IMG/VR virus record: IMGVR_UViG_3300033066_001296
Location: 15,846 to 79,845 of that record
Direction: 5' to 3' (one strand)
Length of the DNA stretch: 64,000 nt
Source: a virus
Taxonomy: Duplodnaviria > Caudoviricetes
The first letter of the stretch is position 1; the number at the start of each line of letters is the position of its first letter. The notes beneath the pieces were generated by a model. That model was not told the origin of the DNA, made no database searches, and was given only the letters and a program-made list of their open reading frames with translations. Shown in pieces: positions 10,553-20,537 of this stretch. Made by a program: the position numbers and the translations under genes.

Positions 10553-11031
10553 GTAAGCCACCCCCATTTTCTACCGCTGTGTATCGCGTAAATTGTCTGC
10601 CAACTTACGTTGTACAACTTTGCTATATCTCTCATGTCGCTGAGTTTGTGACCTTCCAGTAGTTTATCTTTTATTTCTATAACTTGAGCCTCATTCAGCT
10701 TAGATGTGCCGTTTTTCACTCCCCTGCAAGTGCGATTTCTGTTTATTTTGTCTTGTTCATTGTCATGCTGATTGCCAGCATACAGGTGATCGGGGCGCAC
10801 GCAACTTCCGTTATCACAGGTATGGAGTATCCACTTACCGGGTGGGATTGCTCCATGCGTAATCAGGTAAGCATATCGGTGAGCTTGTATTCTTCTGCCT
10901 TTGAAGAAAAACTGTCCATGACCATGATGCAGTTTAGATCTTTTCCATGTCCAGCACCCTGATTCATCTTTTGTAACCCCATCCCAGAAATGTTTTTGGT
11001 AAAGCTCGTCACTCAGATGTGGCCTTGACAT
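10531..11031 (-). CDS. HNH homing endonuclease (paralogue of 7346..7945)
   Basis: GCWTWK...HGHG...QAHRYAY...ILHTCDNGSCVRPDHL...QHDNEQD motif plus SKLNEAQVIEIK helix; start 11031 (alt. 11058). Confidence 0.92.
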   Translation of the reverse strand: MSRPHLSDELYQKHFWDGVTKDESGCWTWKRSKLHHGHGQFFFKGRRIQAHRYAYLITHGAIPPGKWILHTCDNGSCVRPDHLYAGNQHDNEQDKINRNRTCRGVKNGTSKLNEAQVIEIKDKLLEGHKLSDMRDIAKLYNVSWQTIYAIHSGRKWGWLTCQEIQS

Positions 11032-11099
11032 GAAAATTACTTTACCCAACGAATACACGCTATGTCAAGGGTAGTGAACCAGTTCGTTCGAGGTTGGCA

Positions 11100-12296
11100 T
11101 CAGATGATCTCCTCGTTTACACGATCCAGGCGAGGGATTGCAATGGTTTGACCCGCGTAGAGCTCTGGGCTCGAAAGACCGTTGTAGATCATGATGGCTC
11201 TCCATTCGTACGGAGTGCCGAAGTAGAGCTGGCTCACATCGCGAAGGTCTTCACCTTCTCGCGCCTTGTAGGTTCCAAGCGTATCGCTCGTGGACGAAGA
11301 CATGGCTCGCTGGTGTGCAAGTGCAGCGTCTCTCAAACGACGAGCATCTGTGATGAGCTCCCGCTCGTAAAGCTGTGCCTTGAACACTTGTTCAGGGTCG
11401 ATCGAATCGAGCCAGTTCTGGCGAGCTTGTTCCCAAGGAGAAGCTGCCAGATCATCAAAGTCTGGCATGACGCCGACAAAGCCCTGAGCCTGGATCTTCT
11501 CCGACACGGTATCCGCGATGTTACGAATCGATCCAATTGCAGCGAGGATTCCCCCCGATAGCTGGCTTGGAGAAACCGAATCAATCGTGCCCGATACGGA
11601 CTCATCAATGTCATACGTGAACTGTGCAACCGCAGCAATGTTGTTGCGCAAGTCTGTCATGAAGTCATTCGAGAGCCTTCGTGGTGCATCAATTGCACGC
11701 GCAAGCTTCGCGAGCTTATCCCGCAGCGAGGATCCGATCTCACGCTGCCCCGCAGGGGGTCCAAAGAGGGGAGAGGTTTCTACACGAGACTTCGATGTCC
11801 AAACGAAGGACATCGACCATTCGCAGTCATGGATGTTGTGCCACTTGTGTGTGAACTTCTTCATCACACCACGACGCACCACATAACCCCACGAAACCTC
11901 GAGGACTTGACCTTCCGATCGGATGGAGTCGAAGAGTGCTACAGCATCCGCCACTGACGTGACAGGTGTAGCTTCTCCAAGCTGAGCTCCATTCCTGCGA
12001 CTGTACAGGTTGATGGGTGCAGTTTCTCCGGTGTTGTAGCCGAGATACTTATCCTTCCAGAACCCATCGATCGTTGTTTCTCCCTCTGTTGGACCTTGCA
12101 CCGTTGCAAAACCGTGAGGGTTTCCTGCGGGAAACGTCACCTTGACGCGCTGCTCGCCTTCCCAGGTGATCGGACCATACGGCTTGGCTCGCTCCGTCAG
12201 CCAGACGGTGCGCTTTCTTCCAGAAAGCTCCTGAATCTTGAAGCCAGGAACCTCAGAAACCTGAGCAAGTGATCGTGTAGTAGGTGTGAAGGGCAT
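11100..12296 (-). CDS. Tail tube initiator-like protein with C-terminal LysM domain
   Basis: C-terminal TYKAREGEDLRDVSQLYFGTPYEWRAIMIYNGLSSPELYAGQTIAIP LysM consensus; follows tape measure. Confidence 0.75.
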   Translation of the reverse strand: MPFTPTTRSLAQVSEVPGFKIQELSGRKRTVWLTERAKPYGPITWEGEQRVKVTFPAGNPHGFATVQGPTEGETTIDGFWKDKYLGYNTGETAPINLYSRRNGAQLGEATPVTSVADAVALFDSIRSEGQVLEVSWGYVVRRGVMKKFTHKWHNIHDCEWSMSFVWTSKSRVETSPLFGPPAGQREIGSSLRDKLAKLARAIDAPRRLSNDFMTDLRNNIAAVAQFTYDIDESVSGTIDSVSPSQLSGGILAAIGSIRNIADTVSEKIQAQGFVGVMPDFDDLAASPWEQARQNWLDSIDPEQVFKAQLYERELITDARRLRDAALAHQRAMSSSTSDTLGTYKAREGEDLRDVSQLYFGTPYEWRAIMIYNGLSSPELYAGQTIAIPRLDRVNEEII

Positions 12297-12308
12297 GTGC
12301 AGATCCTA

Positions 12309-14243
12309 TCAGGCGCTTGTGAAAGCAGGGGCGAATCCAGAAGAAAGCCGCTGAGATGCCATTGCTTCGAGATCCGAGGCAAACGCCGAGGCAACACGAT
12401 CGGGATCAAAGCCTTCCGCAAACCTCTGAGTAATATCGAATCTGGAGTAACGGAAGTCCTGAACAGCGTGAGGGCGGTTGGTGCGATCTCCATGTCCTGT
12501 TCTGCCAAGATTCGCACCGCCTTTCCCGATCTCCGAGATGCTCTTTTGGATTGCAAGCATCCAATCTGGGATGGCGTTTGTGGATTGTCGCACCGCGCCC
12601 TCTTGAGCGCGAGCAGCTTCGCCCATATGACGACCCGCAAGATCGAATGCGGCACTTACCCCCTCTCCGACACCGGCCAGTGGATTGAACACACTTCCGA
12701 TAACACCAGCCACGGTTTGAAGGACTTGTGCAAGTGCAGAAGTACCTGCCATCAACTCTTGAAAGTACCCGATTACAGCTTGAATTCCAGGTGCTACAAA
12801 CTGGAAGATCGCAATCAGTTGGAGGAACGTCGAGAACAGCGGCGACAGCATTGTCAGAGTTGGTACGAGCAAATTGCTGACATAGAAGGAGATGATGGAG
12901 AACACCATCCCACCCTGCTGCCACAGCATCGAAAAGAAACTCTCAAAGAATGGGAACATCTTGTTGAAGACTGTTCCCATTGCGCTGAAGACGCTTCCGA
13001 TAACTCCATAAGCTGTAGTCGCAACGCCCCAGAAGAAAGTACCGATTGCGATGACCTTATCAACAAGGAACTTGAAAGCTGGCCATACGTAGTCCGTAAT
13101 TCCAGACCAGATGAGCCTGACGGCACCTATGAACAAGTTGCCCGCAACCCCAAAAGCCGAGCGTAGGGGTCCATAGATTCGCATCAGAACTGGAAAGAGC
13201 TCTCCTGTTACGAAGTTGGAGATTCGTGCTCCGAAGTTCTGTAGCTCCGGGAGGATCCCAAGCATGAACTTCTCTGCTCGCATGATGGTGTCTGTGACCT
13301 TATCAATCGCACCCGCACCAAGCTGCGCAAAGTACCTGCCGATACCTGCAATCACAGGGTAGAACGCGGACAACTGTCGGTTGACCTCGATCATTGTGCG
13401 CTTCCAGGCATTGAACAAAGGCTCGGAAGCCTCGAGGTAGAGCTCGTGCTGGAGCGATGTGAAGGTGCCCATGATTGCCTCATAAGCATCTCCAGTTGCG
13501 TCCATCATGGGCTGCAACTGCCCTGCAATGTCCTCAAGAACCTGAACTCGTTGCTCCTGTGTAAGTCGGTTGAACTCTGCGGGAGTGTTGATTCGCTTAC
13601 CCTTGAATCGAGCATAGTTCGAGAACACCTCGGTCCAAGAGCGATCCACGATCGAAGAACGTCCTGTAAGGGCCTGTACGATGTCTCGGCTTGCCTGCGG
13701 CGCATCAATACCCGCCGCAACAGCACCAGCCGTCAAGTAGTTCGAGAGGTGCGTTGCGCGCTCGAGAGTCATCCCCCGCACCTTCGCCATGTGAGGTAGC
13801 GCTACTGAGAAGGTCTGGAGATAGTCATTCAGCTCGCCGGGAAGCAAAGCAGCGTCCTTCGACATCTGTCGAACGATGCCTCTCGAGAACTGGCGAGCAT
13901 CGTTGAACTGCCGTTGGTAGACTTCCGTAAACTGAGCAGAGCGTTGAGCTTCTGTTGCTCCGGGCATCGATCTTGTGATGTCACGGTTGATCTCTGCGAC
14001 AGTCTGGCCGACGTAGCCATACTGACGAAGCGAGCGAGAGATGTTGTTGAGCTGTTGCTCTCTTCCAGACCACGCACTTGCAATGTTCTGAAGAGGTGCA
14101 ACAAGGGCTGAAAGGCTGGCTTGTGCAACGCTGGCAATCTCGGTCACGGACCAGAGACGTGCAGCGATGCCTACGAGGCCAGACGATACGCCCCCGTCGA
14201 TGAATGAGAGCTGGTAGGCAATCGCCTGGGCCATCTGTAGCAT
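12309..14243 (-). CDS. Tail tape measure protein
   Basis: 644 aa, helical, with aromatic/hydrophobic periodic central region; follows the tail chaperone pair. Confidence 0.8.
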   Translation of the reverse strand: MLQMAQAIAYQLSFIDGGVSSGLVGIAARLWSVTEIASVAQASLSALVAPLQNIASAWSGREQQLNNISRSLRQYGYVGQTVAEINRDITRSMPGATEAQRSAQFTEVYQRQFNDARQFSRGIVRQMSKDAALLPGELNDYLQTFSVALPHMAKVRGMTLERATHLSNYLTAGAVAAGIDAPQASRDIVQALTGRSSIVDRSWTEVFSNYARFKGKRINTPAEFNRLTQEQRVQVLEDIAGQLQPMMDATGDAYEAIMGTFTSLQHELYLEASEPLFNAWKRTMIEVNRQLSAFYPVIAGIGRYFAQLGAGAIDKVTDTIMRAEKFMLGILPELQNFGARISNFVTGELFPVLMRIYGPLRSAFGVAGNLFIGAVRLIWSGITDYVWPAFKFLVDKVIAIGTFFWGVATTAYGVIGSVFSAMGTVFNKMFPFFESFFSMLWQQGGMVFSIISFYVSNLLVPTLTMLSPLFSTFLQLIAIFQFVAPGIQAVIGYFQELMAGTSALAQVLQTVAGVIGSVFNPLAGVGEGVSAAFDLAGRHMGEAARAQEGAVRQSTNAIPDWMLAIQKSISEIGKGGANLGRTGHGDRTNRPHAVQDFRYSRFDITQRFAEGFDPDRVASAFASDLEAMASQRLSSGFAPAFTSA

Positions 14244-14246
14244 GGG

Positions 14247-14459
14247 TCAGTCCTTGTTGATTGTGTTCTCTTCTCCGATAAGCTCCACAACACAATCGAT
14301 GAATTTGTGGAGGTCTTTGGAGGGCATCATCATCGCATCGACAATGCCGATATGTCCATACCGACAAGCGATTGCGATCTTCTTCCAGAAGTCCTTCTGG
14401 TACTGCTCAATGTCGATGGACCTTGCGGCGAAAAGCCACATGGGCCACGACACCTTCAT
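14247..14459 (-). CDS. Tail assembly chaperone, downstream (T) frame
   Basis: 70-aa ORF in -1 frame relative to 14456..14845, open back through the slippery site. Confidence 0.7.
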   Translation of the reverse strand: MKVSWPMWLFAARSIDIEQYQKDFWKKIAIACRYGHIGIVDAMMMPSKDLHKFIDCVVELIGEENTINKD

Positions 14460-14845
14460 ACGGTGCTCGCCTGCACCCCTTGGAGAAAAAAATCCAGCTC
14501 TTCACGCTTTGGGTTCGAGATGGTGCTGTATGCGATGGTGAGTAGAGCTCGCCCTTTAGGTCCGATCTCAGACATGAACACATCGACAGACTCGTCGGCT
14601 GCACTGAGCTTTACAACCGAACCATCTGCCTTCTCTGCCTTGATGAGCGAAAGCTTCACAAGGGCTTGCTGAAGAAGTGCAGCATCCGTGCCTGCTGCGG
14701 AGATGGCTCGCGCTTCCATGCTTGGTAGAAGCTCGCGAAGTGAGATCTTCGAATACCCGCCAATCTCCGCTTGAAGCGAAGGTGGGACGGGGAATGTGAA
14801 CTCGGTAGCTGGCCGATACGACTTTACGCTTAGTTGATCTGACAT
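14456..14845 (-). CDS. Tail assembly chaperone (G)
   Basis: 129 aa between tube and tape measure genes; ends GAT TTT TTT CTC...GTA TGA. Confidence 0.8.
   Translation of the reverse strand: MSDQLSVKSYRPATEFTFPVPPSLQAEIGGYSKISLRELLPSMEARAISAAGTDAALLQQALVKLSLIKAEKADGSVVKLSAADESVDVFMSEIGPKGRALLTIAYSTISNPKREELDFFLQGVQASTV
14486..14492 (-). promoter_or_regulatory. -1 programmed ribosomal frameshift slippery heptamer (U UUU UUU)
   Basis: Seven As on + strand give GA-T TTT TTT-C on - strand; -1 shift reads SPRGAGEHR then MKVSW in frame with 14247..14459. Confidence 0.75.
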
Positions 14846-14868
14846 TGGTTACTCGCCTTTCTTGAATC

Positions 14869-15306
14869 TCACGTTAGGACAGCAGAGGCTTCCGAGCAAG
14901 CTGCTTCGAGCTTGACCGTCACGTAGTCGGTGCGGTTCCCGGCGTTGATTGGGAATGCACCAAACTCCACATCACGAAATGTGACACGAGCCTGCTGTCC
15001 GTTTGGATAGGTGATCGTACACTTGATGTTGATCCTCGTTCCAGGGGTGCGACGACGTGCCTTGTCCACCGCGCTCTGGATCAGCGAGAAGATCTTGTTG
15101 TTGTTGGTGTGGAGTTCCATGTCGAGCTTGATGCCCTTGAACACGGAATCCTTACGGTTCGTGGTTTCCCCAATGTAACCCTCGTCCTTGATCTCAAGTT
15201 CGTACGTAAACGAAAAGCTTCGTACGCAGTTAACTTCGTCAAGAATGTCCGAGTCCTGAATGATGATTACTGACACATTCTGACCCAAAACCCTTTGACT
15301 TGCCAT
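14869..15306 (-). CDS. Tail tube protein
   Basis: 145 aa, beta-rich (SFSFTYELEI...GIKLDMEL...VTVKLEAACS), between sheath and chaperones. Confidence 0.8.
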   Translation of the reverse strand: MASQRVLGQNVSVIIIQDSDILDEVNCVRSFSFTYELEIKDEGYIGETTNRKDSVFKGIKLDMELHTNNNKIFSLIQSAVDKARRRTPGTRINIKCTITYPNGQQARVTFRDVEFGAFPINAGNRTDYVTVKLEAACSEASAVLT

Positions 15307-15349
15307 TTCCTCTTGTCAAATCCTCTCTGTTTAGCTACCTTCTGACCAT

Positions 15350-16000
15350 ATGCAACGACTTGATTTGACAGGTCAAAAGTTCGGTAGACTTACGGTGGTA
15401 GAGTACATCAAAAAGGATGAGAAAGGGAAGATCTGGTGGAAGTGTATTTGCGACTGCGGAGAGTCAATCGAAACCTACACGCTGCTCCTAAGATCGAAAA
15501 AACAACAATCGTGCGGATGCTTGAGGAAAGAGACATCATCCAAGCACTGCGAAGGTATGACCAAGCACGGGCACTACAAAGGCAACAAACCCACGCCAGA
15601 GTGGTCTGCTTGGGCGGCGCTCAGAGCTCGTTGCTACGTTAAAACACACAAACAGTACAAGAACTACGGGGGCAGGGGAATCGCTGTTTGCGAACGCTGG
15701 CACACCTTCGATAACTTTCTGGAAGACATGGGGAAGAGGCCAGACAAAGGCTACTCAATCGATCGAATCGATAACTCGAAAGGATACGAGCCGGGAAACT
15801 GTCGGTGGGCAACTACCACCGAGCAAAACAACAATATGCGAACAAATAGACGAGTTTCTTACAACGGCGAGGAACTTACACTGGCGCAGTGGTGTAAAAG
15901 ACTTCACATATCGAGGGGTCTGTTGAAAGCCCCTTTGCAACGACTTGGTTCTTATGAGAAAGCTTTGGAGGAGATTATTGGCAAGCTCAAAGAACTTTGA
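15350..16000 (+). CDS. HNH homing endonuclease, antisense to the tail operon
   Basis: DLTGQKFGRLTV...WKCICDCG...SCGC...YGGRGIAVCERW..F..F.EDMG.RP...SIDRIDNSKGYEPGNCRWAT..EQ.NN phage HNH family. Confidence 0.92.
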   Translation: MQRLDLTGQKFGRLTVVEYIKKDEKGKIWWKCICDCGESIETYTLLLRSKKQQSCGCLRKETSSKHCEGMTKHGHYKGNKPTPEWSAWAALRARCYVKTHKQYKNYGGRGIAVCERWHTFDNFLEDMGKRPDKGYSIDRIDNSKGYEPGNCRWATTTEQNNNMRTNRRVSYNGEELTLAQWCKRLHISRGLLKAPLQRLGSYEKALEEIIGKLKEL

Positions 16001-16079
16001 GAAGCCATCTATATCTCCTAGAGAAGAAGCGCCCTATTGTATCGCACCGGGCCAGTGCGCTTGTGGTCCGCAGGCGAGA

Positions 16080-18113
16080 TCAGACCACAGAGGTTGTTAC
16101 GGTGTCTGGGCCAATCTCCGTAGCGAGGACCAGATCATCGAGAGTTGAAAGCATTCTCACCTTTGTCTTCACAACATGCACCCCTCTTGCGGTGAGTGCT
16201 GGTGTGTTGAGCGTCTTGTCGTCCAGCGAATAGCTATCAATACGCTGCGCTTCAGGGTTGTTCTCCGAGAGAAGGTCGCCAAGGAAGGCATCAAACTCGG
16301 AGAGGATTGCATCCTTGAGAGACTCACGAAGCAGGCGCTTGTTGAGCTGGTTGCCCCGTGCTGCAAGCGTATCCTGAATGAAGTCTGCCATTCTCCGACG
16401 ATTGATGTTTGTCTCGCCTGCCGTTAGAGAGGTAGTTACACCCGATTGGATGATCGGTCCCACAACCCGATCCATGCGAAGTGCGGCCACGCCGTACTGC
16501 TTGAACAGCTTATAGGTTTCCATGTCCAGAGACGGTGTGCCCCTCTGGTAGCCAAGGATCGGAGAGAAGATCTGCGGAACTGGATCCGATGCTTGGCCTG
16601 GGTTCAATTCAGGTTGCAAGTTGGACAACAGACAGGCAAGCCAAGTATCCATCCCCACATCGAGAATTCCATCATCTGTAGTCGTACCATCTGGACAGGC
16701 AATCGAGTAGCCAACTGCTTCTGGGATGTAGGTACGGCAACCGGGCCAGGAGTACCAGACACGCTCGTTGCGCACCGCGCCACCTGTACCTCCGACACCC
16801 GGAGCCGCAGATGCAAGCACCGCAGCGATCGTAAGCGTAGACAGGGTTGGAGACACAAGCGCACAGCGGCTCATCCCACGCGACGTGGACGTGAGTACAT
16901 GATTGTACAAGTACGATTGGATCGTCGCATCCTTGCGTGCGCAAGTGACAATCGAGATCTCGTTCGTCGGATAGTCATCGTTCAGGAGTGCGTTGATGGC
17001 ATCCAAGTAACGATTCCGCATGTCGGATGTTGTGGATGGGTTCGCTGCATGAAGGTCCGCATCGTAGGTCAGAGCACCCGAAGGGTGCGTGTAACCTGCG
17101 AGACCCGAAAGCTCGCTCCAATACGTTCCCGAAGCTGCGGTAGGCGCAGGAGAAGGTGTCAGTGCAGTGCCAGCGCTGATCGTGGCCACGGTTGGACGTG
17201 CCAGAACCGTGTAACCACCCGCCTCAGAGAACTGGTTCAGAGGGCCAGAGTCCGCGTCCGATCCTGCGTGAACACGGTAGGCAAGTGCAGAGCCAGCTTC
17301 CCAATCCGATGTGGTGAAGTTCGCGCCATTCTGCTTCTGGACTGTGATTTCCAGTCCGTTCGCATTGACCGACACGACACGGAGAGTGCCCGCTCCTGCG
17401 CACAGAAGGTTCTGCGAGAGTGCCGCCGCGTTCAAAGAGCCCGGAACGACAGCATCGCCCTCGACCACACCATCCGAAACAAACGAACCTGCGGCTCTTG
17501 TGATGGTTACGGTTGCGGCTGGGAGACCAGAAGTAACCGTCGTACCGTCCACACCCGAACTCTTTGGCGAGCTTCCGGTGAAGTCCACGCTCTGCGCGAG
17601 CTTCAGATAGTTCGAGCTGTTGTAGAACTGAGTACCCGCCCAAACGCGCGCAGGGGTCACTGCAACAATTGGAATTACAGAAGTTGCGGAAGTGTTGGTA
17701 GGGAGTTGACGCCAGATGCGAATGCCGTACTGAGTGCCCGATCCCTGACGAACAAGGTCCACTGGAACCACCACAAGCCTCGAGAAACGCTTGTTGCGAA
17801 GTTCCACGAAGAGGTTACCCATCTCCGCACCGAACTTGCCGAGCGAGCGATCAAATGGGCCGATCTTATCGAGAAGATCTGAACCACCGTACACTTCCTG
17901 GGGTCTGAACTTCGAGATGACCTCTCCCGAGGTGTTCACTGCGCAGCAGTAACTCATGTCGGAACATTCACCGACGACTGCCACAACACCATAACTTGCC
18001 CCGCGAATTGGACCCGGAGAGCGTTGATCCACAATGACAACGCCCTCAATTGCGGTGATCTCTTCGACACCGGGAAAGTATGTGTACTTACGAATAAAAC
18101 CAGCACCAGCCAT
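16080..18113 (-). CDS. Tail sheath protein
   Basis: 677 aa; N-terminal YFPGVEEITAIEGVVIVD, C-terminal INRRRMADFIQDTL...FLGDLL...IDSYSL sheath motifs. Confidence 0.92.
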   Translation of the reverse strand: MAGAGFIRKYTYFPGVEEITAIEGVVIVDQRSPGPIRGASYGVVAVVGECSDMSYCCAVNTSGEVISKFRPQEVYGGSDLLDKIGPFDRSLGKFGAEMGNLFVELRNKRFSRLVVVPVDLVRQGSGTQYGIRIWRQLPTNTSATSVIPIVAVTPARVWAGTQFYNSSNYLKLAQSVDFTGSSPKSSGVDGTTVTSGLPAATVTITRAAGSFVSDGVVEGDAVVPGSLNAAALSQNLLCAGAGTLRVVSVNANGLEITVQKQNGANFTTSDWEAGSALAYRVHAGSDADSGPLNQFSEAGGYTVLARPTVATISAGTALTPSPAPTAASGTYWSELSGLAGYTHPSGALTYDADLHAANPSTTSDMRNRYLDAINALLNDDYPTNEISIVTCARKDATIQSYLYNHVLTSTSRGMSRCALVSPTLSTLTIAAVLASAAPGVGGTGGAVRNERVWYSWPGCRTYIPEAVGYSIACPDGTTTDDGILDVGMDTWLACLLSNLQPELNPGQASDPVPQIFSPILGYQRGTPSLDMETYKLFKQYGVAALRMDRVVGPIIQSGVTTSLTAGETNINRRRMADFIQDTLAARGNQLNKRLLRESLKDAILSEFDAFLGDLLSENNPEAQRIDSYSLDDKTLNTPALTARGVHVVKTKVRMLSTLDDLVLATEIGPDTVTTSVV

Positions 18114-18133
18114 GAGTTACTCCGATTGGGAAT

Positions 18134-18760
18134 TTATCCCGAACTTGTTACAACTTCTACAAGAGCTCTTGGGTTGAATCGCGGAAGAACAACTCCGCGA
18201 ACATATGGACAGGCAACTCGTACTCTTGCGTTGAGCTTTTTGTATCTTCGCTCATTATCAGCCGAGATGTCTTCGTATGCAACAGAGAGCAATTGATATT
18301 CTGCTCTTTGCCCATAGTAGTGAGGCATGTCAAGCATGAACCCGAACATCCATTCGACCGGGTTGAGTGCATCCTCAAGGCACGTAAGACACTGCTCACG
18401 AACCCCCTCATCGTTCGTCCAGACGTGCAATGTCAGTTCCATGCGAAGGTCTCCTGCGAGGAGGAGTGCAAACTCACCTTCCTGGTCGTGGATGACTTGC
18501 TTGTCCAGCACACCATCTTCCGTTCCGTATTGGATGTCCCCTTCGGGGTAGATCCCAACACTCGGATACTCGGCAAGGTCTTCTGGATCCGCCTTCATGG
18601 CTTTTACAGCAGCAAACTTGAAGTGTGTCTGACCATCGATCGGGAATGTGACCGTTTTGAGGTACTCGGCGAGTGCAACAATAGGAGACTTGCTTGCGGA
18701 GTATTTCCGGTATCGGGTGGGGCTAACGTGAATGTTAGGCTCTGTAACGAGGAGACTCAT
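18134..18760 (-). CDS. Tail terminator/completion protein
   Basis: 208 aa immediately upstream of sheath; YPSVGIY...ELTLHVWTND pattern typical of gp37/gp17-like terminators. Confidence 0.55.
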   Translation of the reverse strand: MSLLVTEPNIHVSPTRYRKYSASKSPIVALAEYLKTVTFPIDGQTHFKFAAVKAMKADPEDLAEYPSVGIYPEGDIQYGTEDGVLDKQVIHDQEGEFALLLAGDLRMELTLHVWTNDEGVREQCLTCLEDALNPVEWMFGFMLDMPHYYGQRAEYQLLSVAYEDISADNERRYKKLNARVRVACPYVRGVVLPRFNPRALVEVVTSSG

Positions 18761-19272
18761 TTTGCAGCCTTTGCTCTAGCGCGTTCCAAGGCTTCCTGAA
18801 TTCTCTTGTTGAAGATCTCCGCAATACGATCCGAGCTTTCGCTCACAATGCGACGAGGTTGGAAGCGCCAGCCCTGCCGCTTGTTGATTGCGTGCTTGAT
18901 CGCCTTGGCGACTTTACGAGCCTTTGGACCGGCCACACCGAGCTTCTGGTTGACCCACGCTTCCAAGTTGATGAGAGCATTGGGTCCGAGCTTGCGTGTC
19001 GTGGCGAGCACACCATACTCCACAGGACCCGCGTGCTTCACCTTGTTGAGCACCTTTACGGTCATGGCGGTGGGGGAGTATTCAAAATCCCAACCTGCCT
19101 GGAGCTTGCCTGAGGCTACGGCACCCGCACGCTTTGTCTTTGCAACAAGCACGGTTTTAGCCTGTCGAGCCGCTTGTTTCATTGCGGCTTCGATCTCCTT
19201 TTTGATGGAGATTCCGAGCATTCTTTCAAATGCGCCCACCTTGTTGATGGGAACTCGATACGTTAGGCTCAT
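18757..19272 (-). CDS. Neck/tail-completion protein (HK97 gp10-like)
   Basis: Basic 171 aa; ASGKLQAGW...VKVLNKVKHAGPVEYG motif. Confidence 0.6.
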   Translation of the reverse strand: MSLTYRVPINKVGAFERMLGISIKKEIEAAMKQAARQAKTVLVAKTKRAGAVASGKLQAGWDFEYSPTAMTVKVLNKVKHAGPVEYGVLATTRKLGPNALINLEAWVNQKLGVAGPKARKVAKAIKHAINKRQGWRFQPRRIVSESSDRIAEIFNKRIQEALERARAKAAK

Positions 19273-19799
19273 CCTGGTCTCCCGTCATGCTGGCGGTCGG
19301 AGCCAGCTCGGATCAAGTTCACCGACCATTGCAAAGATTCTGCTTTGAAGCTCGGCACACCCTTCACCATGAAGCGTCTGCGCTTCTTGAGATCGGAGAC
19401 ATCGCCCTTGTCGAGCCTCACTTCCCAGGAGAAGGTTTCATTGTCTGCGATACCAGAACCGTCTGGATTGCGACCAAGTAGTTGATTCTCCGTGTAGCGA
19501 GGAGAGATCTGGCTTACTTGGAGTGAACCTTGCTCATCTATACCAATGTCCAAGAGCTGAAGCTGCACGGACGCCATCTCTTGAATCTTCGGAACGGGAA
19601 GAATCTCTTCCTCTCGGATCAGTGACTCCACACCCTCACCCCGCTCCTCTCCAGACCATCGTGTCCAGATGAGGAAGACTCTGTAGGGCCTTGCCCCAAG
19701 CTCAACTGGAATCTGGCGAATACAATCCACGCATTCCATGAGCTCTCCGAGCATGGACTCCTTGTAATTGAAGTCTTCAAGAGCTTGTTTGAGGTTCAC
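19269..19799 (-). CDS. Head closure (stopper) protein
   Basis: 176 aa beta-rich protein in neck cluster after MCP. Confidence 0.55.
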   Translation of the reverse strand: MNLKQALEDFNYKESMLGELMECVDCIRQIPVELGARPYRVFLIWTRWSGEERGEGVESLIREEEILPVPKIQEMASVQLQLLDIGIDEQGSLQVSQISPRYTENQLLGRNPDGSGIADNETFSWEVRLDKGDVSDLKKRRRFMVKGVPSFKAESLQWSVNLIRAGSDRQHDGRPG

Positions 19800-20206
19800 C
19801 TTGCAACCCTCACGTTCATGTTACCCCCCGCATGTGTTGCGTAGGGGTACATGGTCACACCGAGGCAATCCGCAAGCCTCTGGCACCAGTACTTGTATTC
19901 TTTGCGCAGAAGGTCGGTGGTGTTCTGATTCGCATTGGTGCGGAGAGTAATCTCCCCGACTTGCTGAGCGGAAAGCAGACATGCCGCCTTGATGATCTTG
20001 GCTTCAAAGCCGTCCAGCACACCCAGAAGAGTCTGAACCCGCTCCTTGGATTCCTCCGTAAGATGGTTCATCGCCATCTCGAGAAGGAACGCAGGCTGCG
20101 TAGGTTGCACCATACCCATCGCATAGATGATTGGCGATGTAGATTCTGGATAGCCCAGGTGCCTTCTTGTTCTGGCTTTCTCGTCTTCAGTTAGTAGAGC
20201 TGACAT
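19796..20206 (-). CDS. Head-tail adaptor protein
   Basis: 136 aa helical; LTEDEKARTRRHLGY N-terminus; position after MCP. Confidence 0.55.
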   Translation of the reverse strand: MSALLTEDEKARTRRHLGYPESTSPIIYAMGMVQPTQPAFLLEMAMNHLTEESKERVQTLLGVLDGFEAKIIKAACLLSAQQVGEITLRTNANQNTTDLLRKEYKYWCQRLADCLGVTMYPYATHAGGNMNVRVAR

Positions 20207-20474
20207 GGACTTCCTTGAACTCTACACCAAAAGGCAAGATCTTGTCGGCCCACTCTTTGTTACGGATGATCTTTCCTTTTGAAACGTAGGTAAGACCACC
20301 TGTCAGGCTCGGGACCAAAACTTGCTGCTCGTTCTGGACAATCCAATACGCAACCTCAGGAAGTACATCCTTTGGAAGATCTGGATTGTCAGGGAGTGCT
20401 TCGAGCTCGACAGGAGCTTCGATTGAGGTGTTAGTGGGTGTTGGTTGGAATTTGTTTAGTCTAGGTCTCGCCAT
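20187..20474 (-). CDS. Hypothetical protein
   Basis: 95-aa ORF filling the gap between MCP and adaptor. Confidence 0.5.
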   Translation of the reverse strand: MARPRLNKFQPTPTNTSIEAPVELEALPDNPDLPKDVLPEVAYWIVQNEQQVLVPSLTGGLTYVSKGKIIRNKEWADKILPFGVEFKEVHVSSTN

Positions 20475-20537
20475 GATTTACGAGACTAGCACCAGACAGA
20501 TCGAAGGAAAAGGGCTTTACACCAACCCTAACTGAGA

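Noticed and set aside
1-19800. Stand-alone contractile injection system or tailocin
   Set aside because: Capsid, scaffold, portal and terminase genes are present, so this is a complete phage morphogenesis module
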